Below, piece after piece: positions 63,769-64,000 of a DNA stretch of 64,000 nt. This stretch comes from an uncultured Oscillospiraceae bacterium (GTDB lineage: Bacteria; Bacillota; Clostridia; Peptostreptococcales; Anaerovoracaceae): the NCBI GenBank assembly GCA_964369805.1, contig CAYJFM010000002.1:3376-67375 (forward strand), read 5' to 3'. The position numbers and the translations under genes were made by a program. Within the stretch, counting starts at the first letter, position 1; each line of letters opens with the position of its first letter. A model generated the notes under the pieces. It ran no database searches, was not told the origin of the DNA, and was given only the letters and a program-made list of their open reading frames with translations.

Positions 63769-64000
63769 TTACACCTTCTCATAGTAGTCACTCATCCAAG
63801 GTGCATAGTTTGGAGTATGATTTGGCCACCCAGCAGGTAATTCTTTAATCATTTTATATTCTTGTCCCCCATGCCAAACTACGTCTCCTGTCGTGTATTT
63901 GTTGTGGCTATTAAAAATCACGGTGTCTTTATCAGGCTTAATGATAGTGCCCTTGTTTTCATCTGTTATTTCAGTCCAGTCAGCTGATATATTGTTAAAT
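63769..64000 (-). CDS. C-terminal 76 codons of an unidentified protein (5' part outside window)
   Basis: Hand translation of the reverse strand: FNNISADWTEITDENKGTIIKPDKDTVIFNSHNKYTTGDVVWHGGQEYKMIKELPAGWPNHTPNYAPWMSDYYEKV-stop. It is an open frame to the window edge, with no family recognised. Confidence 0.45.
   Translation of the reverse strand, partial: FNNISADWTEITDENKGTIIKPDKDTVIFNSHNKYTTGDVVWHGGQEYKMIKELPAGWPNHTPNYAPWMSDYYEKV

Overview
This is an AT-rich chromosomal window from a low-GC Gram-positive anaerobe. The gene content looks Clostridia-like (fhs-folD, AOR, thiolase, Trk, ScpAB, DprA/ComM); the taxon cannot be fixed without a database search. I support about 57 protein genes, with no rRNA, tRNA or CRISPR array. 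Most of the window is housekeeping: fhs-folD, rnhB-rbgA-cysK, rplS, yraN-comM-dprA-topA-hslVU, trkA-trkH-trkH, rnr, surE, rluB, scpAB, mtnA and acn-icd.

The stand-out accessory locus is at 25.8-32.1 kb on the minus strand. It holds a CaiA-like acyl-CoA dehydrogenase flavoprotein, a BCCT transporter, two CaiB-type CoA-transferases, a small 2x[4Fe-4S] ferredoxin and a hot-dog thioesterase. There is no ETF, CoA ligase or crotonase in the cluster. From memory, this composition matches the recently described gamma-butyrobetaine-to-trimethylamine (bbu/gbu) pathway of Emergencia timonensis.

The cluster is bordered by an IS1634-like ORF that appears to have lost its DDE residues. That ORF is preceded by five iterated TAGTGTTAA decamers. 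Beyond it lie a MaoC hydratase/nitroreductase pair and a monocistronic thiolase.

Other items worth a second look:
- three tandem patatin-like lipase paralogues;
- an ornithine-cyclodeaminase-family / aminotransferase / Thr-dehydratase-like operon;
- a candidate Moco/W-cofactor riboswitch hidden inside the N-terminal extension of the AOR ORF;
- a MoaD/ThiS-like GG protein;
- clear palindromic GntR operators at the acn-icd-gntR and ytrA-ABC operons;
- an MBL-HAD fusion protein;
- an orphan promoter-terminator pair that may define a small antisense RNA.

All calls rest on reading motifs in the supplied translations and the DNA. No database search, alignment program or folding program was run.
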